The notes beneath the pieces are model-generated. The model was not told the DNA's origin, searched no databases, and saw nothing but the letters and a program-made list of their open reading frames with translations. DNA of 64,000 nucleotides from Eledone cirrhosa (taxonomy: Eukaryota). The stretch covers positions 96,534,001 through 96,598,000 of the forward strand of contig OZ024744.1 of assembly GCA_964016885.1 (NCBI GenBank), in the 5' to 3' direction. Each line of letters opens with the position of its first letter. The stretch's first letter is position 1. The translations under genes and the position numbers were made by a program. Below are positions 13,580 to 27,401 of the stretch, piece by piece.

Positions 13580-13967
13580 TTCACAAATAACATAAATAAA
13601 CTAATGACATGACCATGCTCTACATCTTCAAATCACAACATCGATACCGGACACTACATTCAATAACCACATTACTCAAGAAACATAACACAGAAAACAC
13701 TGTAGCTTTACACATACAACCAACACAATGAAACAAAAATACTAAAAATGAAAGATAAATGAAAGTCCATCTATACACGCGAGAAGGACATTTTGTTTGG
13801 GGGGAACAGGCTTCAGCCTCATAACCCCATAGTCAATAAAACAATTACTCCCCAAACATCCAGACATATATATTACACCCCCGAAACAATGTCACAACGT
13901 CCTAGAAGCACTAATGCTCCTATCCAACACAGGCAATCACAAGGAAAATAATGTACAGAATGTGTTG

Positions 13968-14039
<72 letters not shown>

Positions 14040-14225
14040 ATATAAAGCATCACTGGTTCGAAACACTGTTCCGGGATTCATATCACCAACAATAAGTTCA
14101 TAAGAACAGAGCAATGTGTATAGAAATAGACAGGACAGAGAGTGGGGAGGTTGAAAATATATCCAGAATGTCACATTCTACTTCATATGGTCTAAAGTAG
14201 GTATGTCAAACTGAGGACCCCCAGA

Positions 14226-15506
14226 AGGCCACATGAGTCACATATGTGTTGTCTGATGGCCACATGGGTCGCATATGTGTTGTCTGAGGGCCACATGGGT
14301 CGCATATGTGTTGTCTGTGGGCCACATGGGTCGCATATGTGTTGTTTGGGGGCCACATGGGTCGCGTATGTGTTGTCTGTGGGCCACATGGGTCACACAT
14401 GTGTTGTCTGTGGGCCACATGGATCGCATATGTGTTGTCTGTGGGCCACATAGGTTACATATGTGTTGTCTGAGGGCCACATGGGTCACATATGTGTTGT
14501 CTGAGGGTCACATGAGTCACATATGTGTTGTTTGGGGGCCACATGGGTCACATATGTGTTGTCTGAGGGCCACATGGGTCGCATATGTTTTGTCTGTGGG
14601 CCACATGAGTCACACATGTGTTGTCTGTGGGCCACATGAGTTACATATGTGTTGTCTGTGGGCCACATGAGTCACAAATGTGTTGTCTGAGGGCCACATG
14701 GATCGCATATGTGTTGTCTGTGGGCCACATGGATCGCATATGTGTTGTCTGTGGGCCACATGGGTCACATATGTGTTGTCTGAGGGCCACATAGGTCACA
14801 TATGTGTTGTCTGAGGGCCACATGAGTCACATATGTGTTGTCTGAGGGCCACATGGGTCGCATATGTTTTGTCTGTGGGCCACATGGGTCACACATGTGT
14901 TGTCTGTGGGCCACATGGGTCGCATATGTGTTGTCTGTGGGCCACATGAGCCACAAATGTGTTGTCTGAGGGCCACATGGGTCGCATATGTGTTGTCTGT
15001 GGGCCACATGGGTCACATATGTGTTGTCTGAGGGCCACATTGGTCACATATGTGTTGCTGAGGGCCACATGGATCGCATATGTGTTGTCTGTGGGCCACA
15101 TGGGTCACATATGTGTTGTCTGAGGGCCACATAGGTCACATATGTGTTGTCTGAGGGCCACATGAGTCACATATGTGTTGTCTGAGGGCCACATGAGTTA
15201 CATATGTGTTGTCTGAGGGCCACATGAGTCACACATGTGTTGTCTGAGGGCCACATGGGTCACATATGTGTTGTTTGGGTGCCACATGAGTCACATATGT
15301 GTTGTCTGTGGGCCACATGAGCCACAAATGTGTTGTCTGAGGGCCACATGGGTCGCATATGTGTTGTCTGTGGGCCACATGGGTCGCATATGTGTTGTCT
15401 GTGGGCCACATGGGTCACATATGTGTTGTCTGAGGGCTACATGGGTCACATATGTGTTGTCTGAGGGTCACATGAATCACAAATGTGTTGTCTGAGGGTC
15501 ACACAT
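14226..15506. repeat. Minisatellite, 31-bp unit, about 41 copies
   Basis: Unit ggccacatgggtcacatatgtgttgtctgag with limited variants and no unique spacers. Confidence 0.95.
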
Positions 15507-16167
15507 GACAACTAATTGCGCACATTACAACTAATTTTTTTAATGTTATATTACACTCGCACTGTAAAAACCTTTGTACGGGCCGCAGGTGTGCTCATCA
15601 CCATCATCATCATCATCATCTTCATCATCACCATCATCATCATTATCATCAGCAGCAATAATTGTTTCTACAATAGGCACAAGGCCCAGCAATTATCCCA
15701 GTGTATTACTGGTACTTTATTACACTGGAATAATTGCTGGCCTTGTGCCTATTGTAGAAACAATCAGCAGCAATAATAATAACAACAACAACAACAGCAA
15801 CAGCAGCAACAAATCAAAGACGTCATCAACATCATCAACAATATCATCATCGTCATCATCGTCATCATCATCATCAACATGACCACCATCATCAGCAATA
15901 ACAACAACAACAACAACAACAACAATAGCAGTAACAACGTCATCGACATCATGAAGATCATCATCATCTTCAATACCATCAACATCATCAACAACAGCAA
16001 CAACAACATTTATAACTATAATGGGACTTCAATTATTAAAAAAAAAAAAAATGGTCGATATAATTTCATAGCTTGTTTCGATTATATCTATTCAATATTA
16101 TAGATACTAGATCTGTAATTATGAAGACACGATTATGTTCTTTCTTTTTTATTTTTTTATTGCAGCA

Positions 16168-16622
16168 CTAGCAGAATGGCCCGGCGTTGCTCGGGATTCT
16201 AAACATAGATTGGCATGTTTATCCCTCCTTTCTGAAACAGTACAGAGAAGTACGGAATACCTTGGCCTTGCGACCATCGAATAGCAGATTCCACTGACGA
16301 TTCGTTTGCCCGCCCTATTCTTTTTCTTGCCACTTTCGCAGTATTGCGGCCAATGGAGTATCTCTTCCTTCGGGGCATGACCTAAAAGCAGGACGAAGTA
16401 CACTAAGACTAACTGGTAGAGTAAGGAGTAAACTCGTCAGTGATGCATGTGATTTCCCAACCATTGACTATGTAATTGCTGGCCTTGTGCCAAAAGTAGT
16501 GGGACATTTTGGGTGGCATATCGGCAGTAACAATGACGATAAGGCGTCTGTGCTTTCGTGAAATAAATACGTTTGTTTATATTTTGTGTTTGTGTATGCA
16601 AAAATATCTGTACACGAATATA

Positions 16623-16662
<40 letters not shown>

Positions 16663-17117
16663 TAACAGATTAAAGTTTAAGCAAAGAATCGCTGCTTTCA
16701 CCCTTAACGGGATCTTCTGAAACTAAAAATATCAATCTGTGAACGCAGAAGTAAATATTTCGAAAAACGTTGCAACTGAAGGAAAACAGGAAGACGATGC
16801 TTTGGTTCGTGAGGACCTTTTCATAATGTCGTAATGCAGACAGCCAGACAGCCAGACATACAGACAAATATTATAAGGGCGCGACGTTATAGCTATGTAT
16901 CTATCTAAAAAGACAGACTAAGAAAGAAAGAGAGACATCGCTAACCGGTGCCTGATGCGGTCTTTACGGCATTGAAAATTTGAAATTTTCTTTGCTCAAA
17001 ACACGCACAGGACCATAAGTATTACATGTATAAAATTTGAAAAACATCGGTTGGGTGGTTCTCAAGTTTTAGGGAGACAGACAGACAGACAGACATTCTC
17101 TGTTTTAGATATATAGA
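16168..17117 (-). mobile_element. Putative microsatellite-bearing non-autonomous Helitron (ends may belong to separate copies)
   Basis: Minus strand 5' A|TCTATATATCTAAAA...(GTCT)n at 17117. 3' hairpin cccgagcaacgccggg followed by CTAG|T at 16168. Confidence 0.55.
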
Positions 17118-17739
17118 TAACAATGTCCTGTAGTTTATACAATGAGAAGGCATGTGGCATAGTGGTAAGGTCGTTCGACTTATAATCGTAACGTCGTGAG
17201 TTCGATTCCCGTTCTTCTTGTTAAACTCCGCCAGTTGCGCATTAACATGTGATATCTCTCTCCACAAAGTTCGATCACCAACAGCGGAGTTCAAAGAAAA
17301 AGGTCAAGTCTAGTCCATAAGTTGACATTATCAAGCCATCGTTTGGGCTGCCGGCCTCTGCCTCTCTTACCAGCCAACCTTCCTTCCAGGCATAACCTAC
17401 TCACACCACGAGTTGATCTTTTTATGTTTTATTTGATATTATTTCATACCAATCAGCTGCACCTCACCCAAATGAGTTGTACTTGTGATTCAAAGATTCA
17501 AAAGGCGGGCCAACCATGCCATACACTAATGCAACGTATTTTTGTTATTTTCTCTTATGTGATATTTTAGGTAGGGACTTCATTCTATCTGTTTATTTGT
17601 GATATTTGAATCTCTTTGCGAACTACGAATTTATGGAATGCTCAGACACTTGCCTGTTAATTTTACGAACAGACTGTTATATGGAGTGGGTTGCATCACA
17701 GGGACATTCCCTTTCAATAGAACCGACAGAAGCAAAGAA

Positions 17740-18182
17740 TGAAGGGAGGAAGGGGGTCGAGGGAGGAAGGAGGGAAGGAAGGAAGGGGGAAGGAAGGAAG
17801 GGAAGAAGGAAGGAAGGAAAGGCACGAAGGAAGGAAAGAAGGAAGGAAGGAAAGGAAAGGAACGAAGGAAGGAAGGAAAGAAAGAAAGGAAGGAAAGGAA
17901 GGAAAGAAGGACGGTCGGACGGAAAGAAGGAAGGAAGGACGGACGGAAGGAAGGAAGGAAGGAAGGAAGGAAGGAAGGAAGGACGCACGGAAGATAGGAA
18001 GGAAGAAAGGAAGTTAAGGAAGGATAGAAAGGAAGGAAGGAATGATGGACTGACGGAAGGAAGGAAGGAGGGAAGAAAGAAAGGAAGGAAGGAAGGAGAG
18101 AAGGATGGACGGACGGACGGAAGGAAGTAAGGACGGACGGAAAGGAAGAAAGGAAGACAGGAAGGAAGGAAAGAAAGGAAGA
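17740..18182. repeat. (GGAA)n/(GGAC)n microsatellite
   Basis: Directly visible purine-rich tetranucleotide tract. Confidence 0.95.
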
Positions 18183-18265
18183 TAGTTTCTATAAGAGATT
18201 AAACTACCTCTCAGTCTAAGGTACCTTCTTCTACTATCATCAGAGGTTTGGGAAAGAGTAATGAG

Positions 18266-18310
18266 CGAATCCTGATGAAGTGTTGAATGGCAACGAAACC
18301 AGTCGGATCG
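18266..18310 (+). ncRNA. Degenerate minimal hammerhead motif
   Basis: cgaatc-CTGATGA-agtgttg(aatgg)caac-GAAAC-ca-GTC-ggatcg. Stem I pairs 5/6. Confidence 0.45.
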
Positions 18311-18893
18311 TTCTCCATCCCAAAATGACAAAAAAAAACAAAAAAACCCTTATGGACCTAATCACATACACTTACACATGTATAGAAATATACGAGGATA
18401 GACTGATTATAAAGGAGTGATGCTAGAGCTGTGAAATCTTGAATGCAATATGTTAATTTCAACTCTATATGTAAACAGAGGTGTTTTATATCAAGTTAAA
18501 TACATGGCAACTAAGTACATGCATTCGCTGGTACTCAGAGTCTCATGATGCTACCCGATTAATCAGTAGTTTAATCTAGCGTACATCATCAATCTTCAAC
18601 CTTAGTAAAATATATGTTTCTCAAAGTCTAAAAAATTGATGGTGCACGCTAGATTTAGTAATTTAGTCGCCGCCGCCGCCGTCTTCTTCTTCTTCTTCTT
18701 CTTCTTCATTTTGGAGATGGATATCGTTTTCTAACACGAATTAATAGAAGATCCCCTTAGCCCAACTTCCAGCGGAAAGGTTCATGACATCCATCCATGC
18801 AGCGGTTCGACAACAACAGCTCAATACAGCATGTACTAGACTTCTTCTTCTTCTTCTTCTTCTACTTCTTCTTCTTCTTATTCTTATTCTTCT

Positions 18894-18925
<32 letters not shown>

Positions 18926-21378
18926 TAGAGAGACAGGGTCGTGTGGGACAGAGTCGCCAAACCCTCCTTCCAGTGGGTCCTGTCCGAAGCAACCGTCTCC
19001 AACTGATCCGGGTGGACCCTCAAGCGTGACCAGCCAAGCTCAATCAGTGATGTTCGGATTCTGAATATGTGCGTGCAGAACAGAATCGGCTCTTTGCAGA
19101 CATTTTCGACAGATTCGGCTTACACTAGTGCTGTCACTGTATAATTTATATCGAACTGATAATGCGTTTCAGGTCAAGTAATTCTGGAAGCTGTCCATAA
19201 CGCCCAACAGGAGTGTCCTGCAGGAAAGACTGTCCAGACTATCCTCACCGATGCCTAGAATTCTTCTGAGGTTATTATCGTCACTCATATCTTCTAGTAA
19301 CTCGCTCAGTTGGTAAAGTGAAACGAGTGTCAGGTGATATTCTAAACGACATGCATCTATGCTTAGTCTGCGCTTGTCTCAGAATAAACAACTCAATCAA
19401 ACAGATGAGCTCATACATCCTCAGTTATCGTATCTCGAGACCACCCACCCACCAAGTCGGCATTAGCAACAGATGGACTTATAGAACCCGTTCATTCAAC
19501 AAGAAGCGAAGAGCACGGGCTCTTATTTGGTTAGACATTTCATGGGTCAAGGTATAAAAGTCATCAGTTAGTGCACCTTTGATGTAGTCCATTTAAAAAA
19601 AAAAAAAAAAAAACTAAGCTACAACGTCACCATCAAGTCCCATTGAACGGCTTTTGTTTGCCCCTGTCTTAACGCAGCCAATGCAATCTTCGTATTCCGA
19701 ATTGAAGAAGAAATAGAGGAGAGGCATCCTAGTTGCTTGTAAATTAATACGTGATGTTTTCCTAATGTGTCCTTTGAGCCTAACTAGTAGCGCTTTCTCC
19801 AATCAACTGTTCTCTAGCGCTAATTCCACGTTTTAATTTTGTTGATGATTACTCCTTATTACATTAATGTTGTTGATTATTTGTACCAACTCTTACTAAA
19901 CTAGCTACCTTGCTTATATGGAATTCCAAGATGGAAACGACGTGTTCATCTTCCAGTAACTGGGTATATGTCTTTATAACATATTCAGATTTACCGCACG
20001 GATAAAAAAAATTTCAGGATTGAATGTCTAACCAATTTGAATTGTGATTATACTCTTATCTAATGTAAATTCTATTTAATTACGACGTGGTAGACTCATT
20101 GCCATTTGAGGAAAATTTAGAATGGAGCCTTTGAAAAAAACAAAACAAAAAAAAAAAACATTTGATACCATATCAGATAATTAGAAACAAACAAGGCTGC
20201 CGAATTGTTGTCAAATATTTCCATCCATATAACTGAAAGCACCACAATTGTTAGCAAGGCAATAACTCTTTGAAAAGAATTGATACCAACATTAGAGATA
20301 TTTGACTAATCTACAGAGGAAATGTTCTCCCGTACTATTGATTTCTACTTTAGCTAGGGGTCAGTAAATTTGAGAGGAAAGGGAAAGTTTATTAAATGAA
20401 CCCGAGTACTTCACTAACACTTTATTTTAGCGACCCTAATGATTGTGAATCTAACGTCTTATTTATAAACAGGGGGAAAATAGTGTTGTCTGATTGTCTG
20501 TATGTCTGTTTTCTTATCTCTATCTGTCAAAAACATGTCTCTCAAATATGCTAAATAAATAATTTTCTATATAGATGATAAACACAACCACAAGGATATG
20601 GTCCCAACGTGGAAGAGCCGAACTCCCACTGTCATCGCCCCCATCTCTCTGTATGGTAAGCAAATGGGCTCCCACGTGCTGGCCTCCCCACAGCCCCGGC
20701 GGACAGAATGGGGAAGGTATTTTTCCGGGGGATGGTAAGCTAACGTCTTAACCAAACGGTGATGCTGCTTTCATATGACATAGGTAGCTGTCATCAAAAT
20801 ACTGCTTTCGTATGGTAAGCGAGCCCATTTGCTTATTGCTGTTTTCATCATATGTTTTCCTATGTCGCATTACACTATTGCTAAAATAATTTACAATATA
20901 GAAAGGACTGATATGTGAAACAAATGGAAACACATTTCTGATATTGTGTATATTCATACTTTCCAAAACGAGAATTATTGATAGGACATTCCTCTAAAAA
21001 ATTCTGCTACGCACAAACACTATAAACCTGATGTAGTTCTTTGGGGCAGAAGTAAAAACAAAACAAAACAAAAACACACACAAAAATTAATATACAAAAA
21101 TATTGTGCTGTTATAGTGGACAACGTGTGGACATTTCAATTAAAATGGCCTTCAAAACCTATTGGTTCTATATCTATATATGGGGATTTAAATAGACCGG
21201 CTTTTTTAGTTTTTATTACTGCCCACTCTCCTCTATCTTTCTAGTTCTTCTTTAATTTCTCATTCTATTTTCTAATGAAGGAATTGCGTCCAAAACGTTA
21301 AGACTCTTTTCCTACTCTATCATTATATTTTACTGAGTCGTTTGCTTTGTTATTTCTGTTTGCCTTTTGCATCTCCCC

Positions 21379-21441
<63 letters not shown>

Positions 21442-21466
21442 TCTCTCTTTCTCCCCCCCCTCTCTC

Positions 21467-21502
<36 letters not shown>

Positions 21503-23729
21503 GATCATTGACGTATAATAACAGATTAACAGCAAACTGTAACAATGCCAATAAAAATAAGTTCAGGAGTAAATTCTGTCCTCAAAATACATCTATTAGT
21601 TCAATTTTCTTAAAGATACATTTATGAATATATCATTTTAATGAAGGTGTACAACCTAGGTTTCTCTTAGTTACTGTTAACTTAAGTCCACTGGACTCAA
21701 AACTTCACTAGGGTAAGGGTCCTTACTTCCTGATAGTGTCGTCAAAGCGCCGTCCTAACATATGTTGTCTTCGGCATTTTAAACTTGGTGAAGTCTATGC
21801 TCCCTCTCTCTGATGGAATATAGCCGATTTCTTCCAGAGGAGGCAAGAGAGAGCGAAAGAATGTGAAAAGGAAGAATAATCGATCTTAGTACTGGTTTGA
21901 TACTTTATGTATCGATCTCAAAATGATTTGAACTCAAAATTCACTGAACCGGAACTAAAACCGAGGAACATATTCCGACGCTCTATCGACTCTGAAAATT
22001 CGGTATCATTCAACAAAGATACAGGGCGTAAATAAATATAACAAAATAACTCGATGTCTTTCACCTGAAAGCATCTTCCCAGAGCGTGAAACACTTAGTG
22101 GCAAAAACTTCAGTTTATACACACAAACACACTGCCTTTCCCCCACAGATGTACACATATATATATTATATATATATTAGTACAGTAGAATATGCGTAAA
22201 AGTTGTGTTACTTCAAGTCTCGTTACAAGATAACTCACAATGGATATAGCCTCGTCAAGCAAAAATTATGCTCCTGTTACGAAATATCATATCACCTTTT
22301 GCAACAAATATTGAGATCCATATGAGATGGAAAATATACCATGGGTGCAATCTTCTATTAAAACTTTGTAATGAAGTTAAATAATTCAATATAAATCTAC
22401 GTATCGAATGCACCTGAGATTGGCTCACGATCATAACGTCTTGAGTTCGATTCCCGGTGACGAGTTGTGTCCTTGAGTAAGACACTTTATTTTACATTGC
22501 ACTACCTTACTCAACTAATACAAATGAGTTGTACCCGAATTTAAAGGGCCAGCCATGTGACACACCGTGCATGCTGAATATTCATGAGAACTACTTCAAG
22601 GTTACACGTGTCTGTAGAATGTTCAATTACGAATAGAGCAGTTCCGTTATTGAAATAACTTGAAGTCACGTCGTAGAACGTACGGAGCTCCAATGCACGC
22701 AGAAATCTATGTTTGTATATTATAATTGTTTCTACTTTTGGCACAAGGACAGCAATCACCCCAGTGTATTACTGGTACTTAATTTTATCGACCCCCGTAA
22801 GGATGAAAGGCAAAGTGAACCTCGGCGGGATTTGAACTCAGACCATAACGGGGCGTAACTCTTTGCTGCAAAGCATGGCGTCCGACCCTCTACTGATACT
22901 GGAAGGAAGACAGAAATAGAATAAAAATAATTCCTTTCTTGGACATAAAAATTATTGGTTAATGAAATAAAAAATTTAAAACTAAATTAGTAACAGCAGC
23001 ATACAAGAGTCGAGTTGGTAGTGGGTTTCTCACAGTGATATCAAGTGAATAAATACATATAGGAGATGTATACTTCGTTAACTATATAAAATATAAAGCT
23101 GTTCACAGTTAACGCTGATCTATATTGCACACTGTAAATCCTGCCGAGGTTAGCATTGCCTTTCATCCTTACATGGTCGATACAATGAAGTACCAGTAAT
23201 GTACTGGGGTCGATTAATCGACTTTCCCCTCCCCCCTTCAAATTGTTGAGATTGTGCCTAAAGTAGAAACAATTATTATTATTATTGGTTTGTGATTTAG
23301 GCACATGGGAAGGGGAAAGTCGATTAAATAGGTCCAGTGCATTACTGGTACTTTATTTTATCGACCCCCGTAAGGATGAAAGTTAATCTTATTAACTGTC
23401 AACAAGAATGTCACTGGCCCTTTGCACTACAGAAAAGGTTTTACGAACTATGTAATTTTCTCCAGCTTTCTGTACATTGTGTCAAACTTTACCTTAAAAT
23501 ATAGAACTCAATTGGCTAAAAGTAGGTGTAATTTCGTCTCTGAGACGGCGCCTTCTAGCGGGTATCGAACATGTAAAAAGTGTTCCAAAGGAAAATTTAC
23601 TAATTTCTCGAGGGAGAGCATGATGTGAAAGAGAGGGAGAAAGAGAGAAAGAAATATAGAAGGAAAGAGAGAAAGGGGATGAGGGAGAGAAAGAGAGAGA
23701 GAAATATAGAAGGAAAGAGAGAAAGGGGA

Positions 23730-23773
<44 letters not shown>

Positions 23774-23879
23774 GACGAGGAAGAGAGTGAGACAGTGAGG
23801 GAAAGGGTGATTGAGAAAGAGAGAGAGAGAGAAATGGTGATTGGGGAAGAGGGGAGAGAAAAAAAGGGGGAAATGAGGA

Positions 23880-23929
<50 letters not shown>

Positions 23930-24165
23930 CAGGAAGCGAAGGATAAATAGCGAAAGAGAGACAGACATGTGATGAAAACGGAGCGCAATAAGCAAATGGG
24001 CTCGTTTACCATTTCACACAGTTTTACTAGGCAATAGCGCTCCTACAATTACAACAACAAATACAGAAGAAAAAGAAAATTTACCACCACCACCAATAAC
24101 AACAATGAAAACAGCAACAAAAATAACAGCCACAAAAATAATAACAGTACTAGCAAAAGCAGTAA

Positions 24166-25144
24166 TCTTAACTATAATAAAATAAGGAGTGCGGGGCTGC
24201 GTCCAGAATATATTTTTTTTTATCCCGTTAGTAAAAAAACTTGGATTACTTTGAATAAATAATTGTTTCTACTTTTGGCACAAGGCCAGCAATTAACCAG
24301 TGTATTACTGGTACTTTATTTTATCGACCCCATAAGGATGAAAGGCAAAGTTAACCTCGACGGGATTTGAACTCAGAATGGCAAGGGCCGTAACTCTATG
24401 CGTCAAAGCATGGATTACTTTGAATAAATAATGAAGAATATTACATAATTTATGTACTAAATTTCGTAACTCTTGATTAAATATATATAATTTTATTGCT
24501 TATTTTAAGATTCACTTCTTTAAAGTTTTCAAATGTCAACACTTCCGGTTAGCGGCCGTTATATTATAACATTTATTACATCACTTAAATAAACATTCAC
24601 ATATTTCCTTCACTAATTTTTTCCTAATGCAGTTTATATATAATATCGTCATTTTTTAATGTATCATGGATTACTTTACTGATTACATAAGAGAGTGTAA
24701 TGCAGACTTCGTTCAATGTCTGTGTATATTCTCAATTACGATGTTATTTGATGTATCATATGTACATGCATATATACTTGCGTATAATATCAATATACAC
24801 ACTACACATCTATCTATCTATCTAAGGCGGGTAAAATTCCCGAGATCCATGGACGAGTTCTCTCCAGCGGTCTTTGTCCCTCATTATCGCTGCCATGTCC
24901 TGCGTCCCCAACAGACCAGTGTCTGTCCTTAGGGCATCAACATACGTTAACCTTGGTCTTCCTCTTCTAGTGTGTCCATGTAGGGGCTCCCAAAGGAGTA
25001 CTGAGTGCAATCTCAACTCTGGATGTCGGTGAGCATGTCCAGCTAACCTCAGTCTCCTCTGTGTCACTTTTGAGCTGACTTTTGGGATGCTCCCATACTA
25101 CACATGCTAGCAGAAAACCACCAGAAGGGTGGTTTTTCTGCTGG
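24166..25144 (+). mobile_element. Same Helitron family with nested SINE and RTE insertions
   Basis: A|TCTTAACTATAAT start; hairpin cagaaaaccacc(agaag)ggtggtttttctg then CTGG|T. Colinear with 35461-35955 once the two insertions are removed. Confidence 0.8.
24810..25096 (-). mobile_element. 5'-truncated RTE-clade LINE with (GATA)n tail
   Basis: RRLRLAGHAHRH...VLLWEP..G..RRGRPRLTYVD...DRWR is an RTE C-terminus. TSD actacacat at 24801-24809 and 25097-25105. Confidence 0.85.
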
Positions 25145-25596
25145 TAATGATAACGAAATTAGTAACAGCACCACCACAATCATCAGCAAGATTCTTCTCG
25201 AAGCAGACAATTCGTTACAATAGAAACAACGTCTGTCAATGGCCAGATCCGTCGCGTCTCTGAAAGTGAGGAATTTGTGTTTATACTTCCCTACGTTGTA
25301 TATAGCGTCGGGCGAAAGTGAGGGTTATTTATGTGTCACTCGTATTGCAGTATCGGTAGAGCGTCAGACGCCATGCTTTTCAGCATAGAGTTATGGCCCT
25401 TTACGTTCTGAGTTCAAATCCCACCGAGGTTAACTTTGCCTTTTATTTTATGGGGTCGATAAAATAAAGTACCAGTAATGCACTGGAATAATTTGTTGTC
25501 CTTGTGCCAAAAGTAGAAACAATTATCTAAACCGGTGGCGTATAGCAGCCATTTTAAACGATGAAGGTGACAAAAGAAGCATTGTAGAAATTAAAA

Positions 25597-27401
25597 CCGG
25601 GGCGTACAACAGGCGGCACGCGGGTCACAATCAGGCCTGTCAGACCAGTCAGAGTGGCCTGCGATGACCATTTTTAATTTTTACCTTGTAGGTTTATTTA
25701 GAATGTTTTTCGTAACCGTAATACAATTCTCTGTTAGTTGGCCTATACTAAAGGGCTTCACTGATAAGGTTATGTGTGTTATAATTTCCCAGTTCCATGT
25801 TATGGAAAGAAGTTGTGGTGAATCTTTGGAATAGTGTTTAATAAATATTAATGGCCCTAATAGTTGTTCTGATAGGGTTATGTGTGTTATAATTTCCCAG
25901 TTCCATGTTGTGGAAAGAAGTTGTGGTGAATCTTTGGAATAGTGTTTAATAAATATTAATGGCCCTAATAGTTGTTCTGATAGGGTTATGTATGTTATAA
26001 TTTCCCAGTTCCATGTTGTGGAAAGAAGTTGTGGTGAATCTTTGGAATAGTGTTTAATAAATATTAATGGCCCTAATAGTTGTTCTGATAGGGTTATGTG
26101 TGTTATAATTTCCCAGTTCCATGTTGTGGAAAGAAGTTATGGTGAATCTTTAGAATAGTGTTTAATAAATATTACTGGCCCTAATAGTTGTTCTGATAGA
26201 GTTATGTGTGTTATAATTTCCCAGTTCCATGTTATGGAAAGTTGTGATGAATCTTTGGAATAGAGCTTAATAAATATTACTGGACCTAATAGTTGTTCTG
26301 ATAGAGTTATGTGTGTTATAATTTCCCAGTTCCATGTTATGGAAAGAAATTGTGGTGAATCTTTGGAATAGTGTTTAATAAATATTACTGGCCCTAATAG
26401 GTGTTCTGATAGGGTTATGTATTATAATTTCCCAGTTCCATGTTCTGGAAAGAAGTGGGGGTGAATCTTTGGAATAGTGTTTAATAAATATTAATGGCCC
26501 TAATAGTTGTTCTGATAGGGTTATGTGTGTTATAATTTCCCAGTTCCATGTTGTGGAAAGAAGTTGTGGTGAATCTTTGGAATAGTGTTTAATAAATATT
26601 AATGGCCCTAATAGTTGTTCTGATAGGGTTATGTGTGTTATAATTTCCCAGTTCCATGTTATGGAAAGAAGTTGTGGTGAATCTTTGGAATAGTGTTTAA
26701 TAAATATTAATGGCCCTAATAGTTGTTCTGATAGGGTTATGTGTGTTATAATTTCCCAGTTCCATGTTGTGGAAAGAAGTTGTGGTGAATCTTTGGAATA
26801 GTGTTTAATAAATAGTAATGGCGCTAATAGTTGTTCTGATAGGGTTATGTGTGTTATAATTTCCCAGTTCCATGTTGTGGAAAGAAGTTGTGGTGAATCT
26901 TTGGAATAGTGTTTAATAAATATTAATGGCCCTAATAGTTGTTCTGATAGGGTTATGTGTGTTATAATTTCCCAGTTCCATGTTGTGGAAAGAAGTTGTG
27001 GTGAATCTTTGGAATAGTGCTTAATAAATAGTAATGGCCCTAATAGGTGTTCTGATAGGGTTATGTGTGTTATAATTTCCCAGTTCCATGTTATGGAAAG
27101 AAGTTGTGGTGAATCTTTGGAATAGTGCTTAATAAATAGTAATGGCTCTAATAGGTGTTCTGATAGGGTTATGTGTGTTATAATTTCCCAGTTCCATGTT
27201 GTGGAAAGAAGTTGTGGTGAATCTTTGGAATATTGCTTAATAAATATTAATGGCCCTAATAGTGGTTCTGATAGGGTTATGTGTGTTATAATTTCCCAGT
27301 TCCATGTTGTGGAAAGAAGTTGTGGTGAATCTTTGGAATATTGCTTAATAAATATTAATGACCCTAATAGGTGTTCCAATGGAATATGTTGCACACCCCT
27401 G
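25597..27401. mobile_element. hAT-type non-autonomous element containing a 108-bp tandem array
   Basis: TIRs CCGGGGCGTACAAC and GTTGCACACCCCTG (11/14). Perfect 8-bp TSD AATTAAAA at 25589-25596 and 27402-27409. Confidence 0.8.
25761..27376. repeat. Minisatellite, 108-bp unit, about 15 copies
   Basis: Unit ctgatagggttatgtgtgttataatttcccagttccatg...ggccctaatagttgtt recurs at 25869 and 25977, giving a period of 108. Confidence 0.95.

Noticed and set aside
14226-15506. CRISPR-like appearance of the 31-bp repeats
   Set aside because: The units abut with no unique spacers, there are no cas genes, and the context is eukaryotic.
19500-19595. MDYIKGALTD on the minus strand as an eag PAS exon (FMYGELTD-like)
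   Set aside because: Similarity is limited to a few residues, downstream residues do not match PAS, and the frame soon stops.
26375-27394. 339-aa repeat ORF
   Set aside because: The 108-bp unit is a multiple of 3 and stop-free in one frame. It lies inside a hAT element and shows no protein motif.
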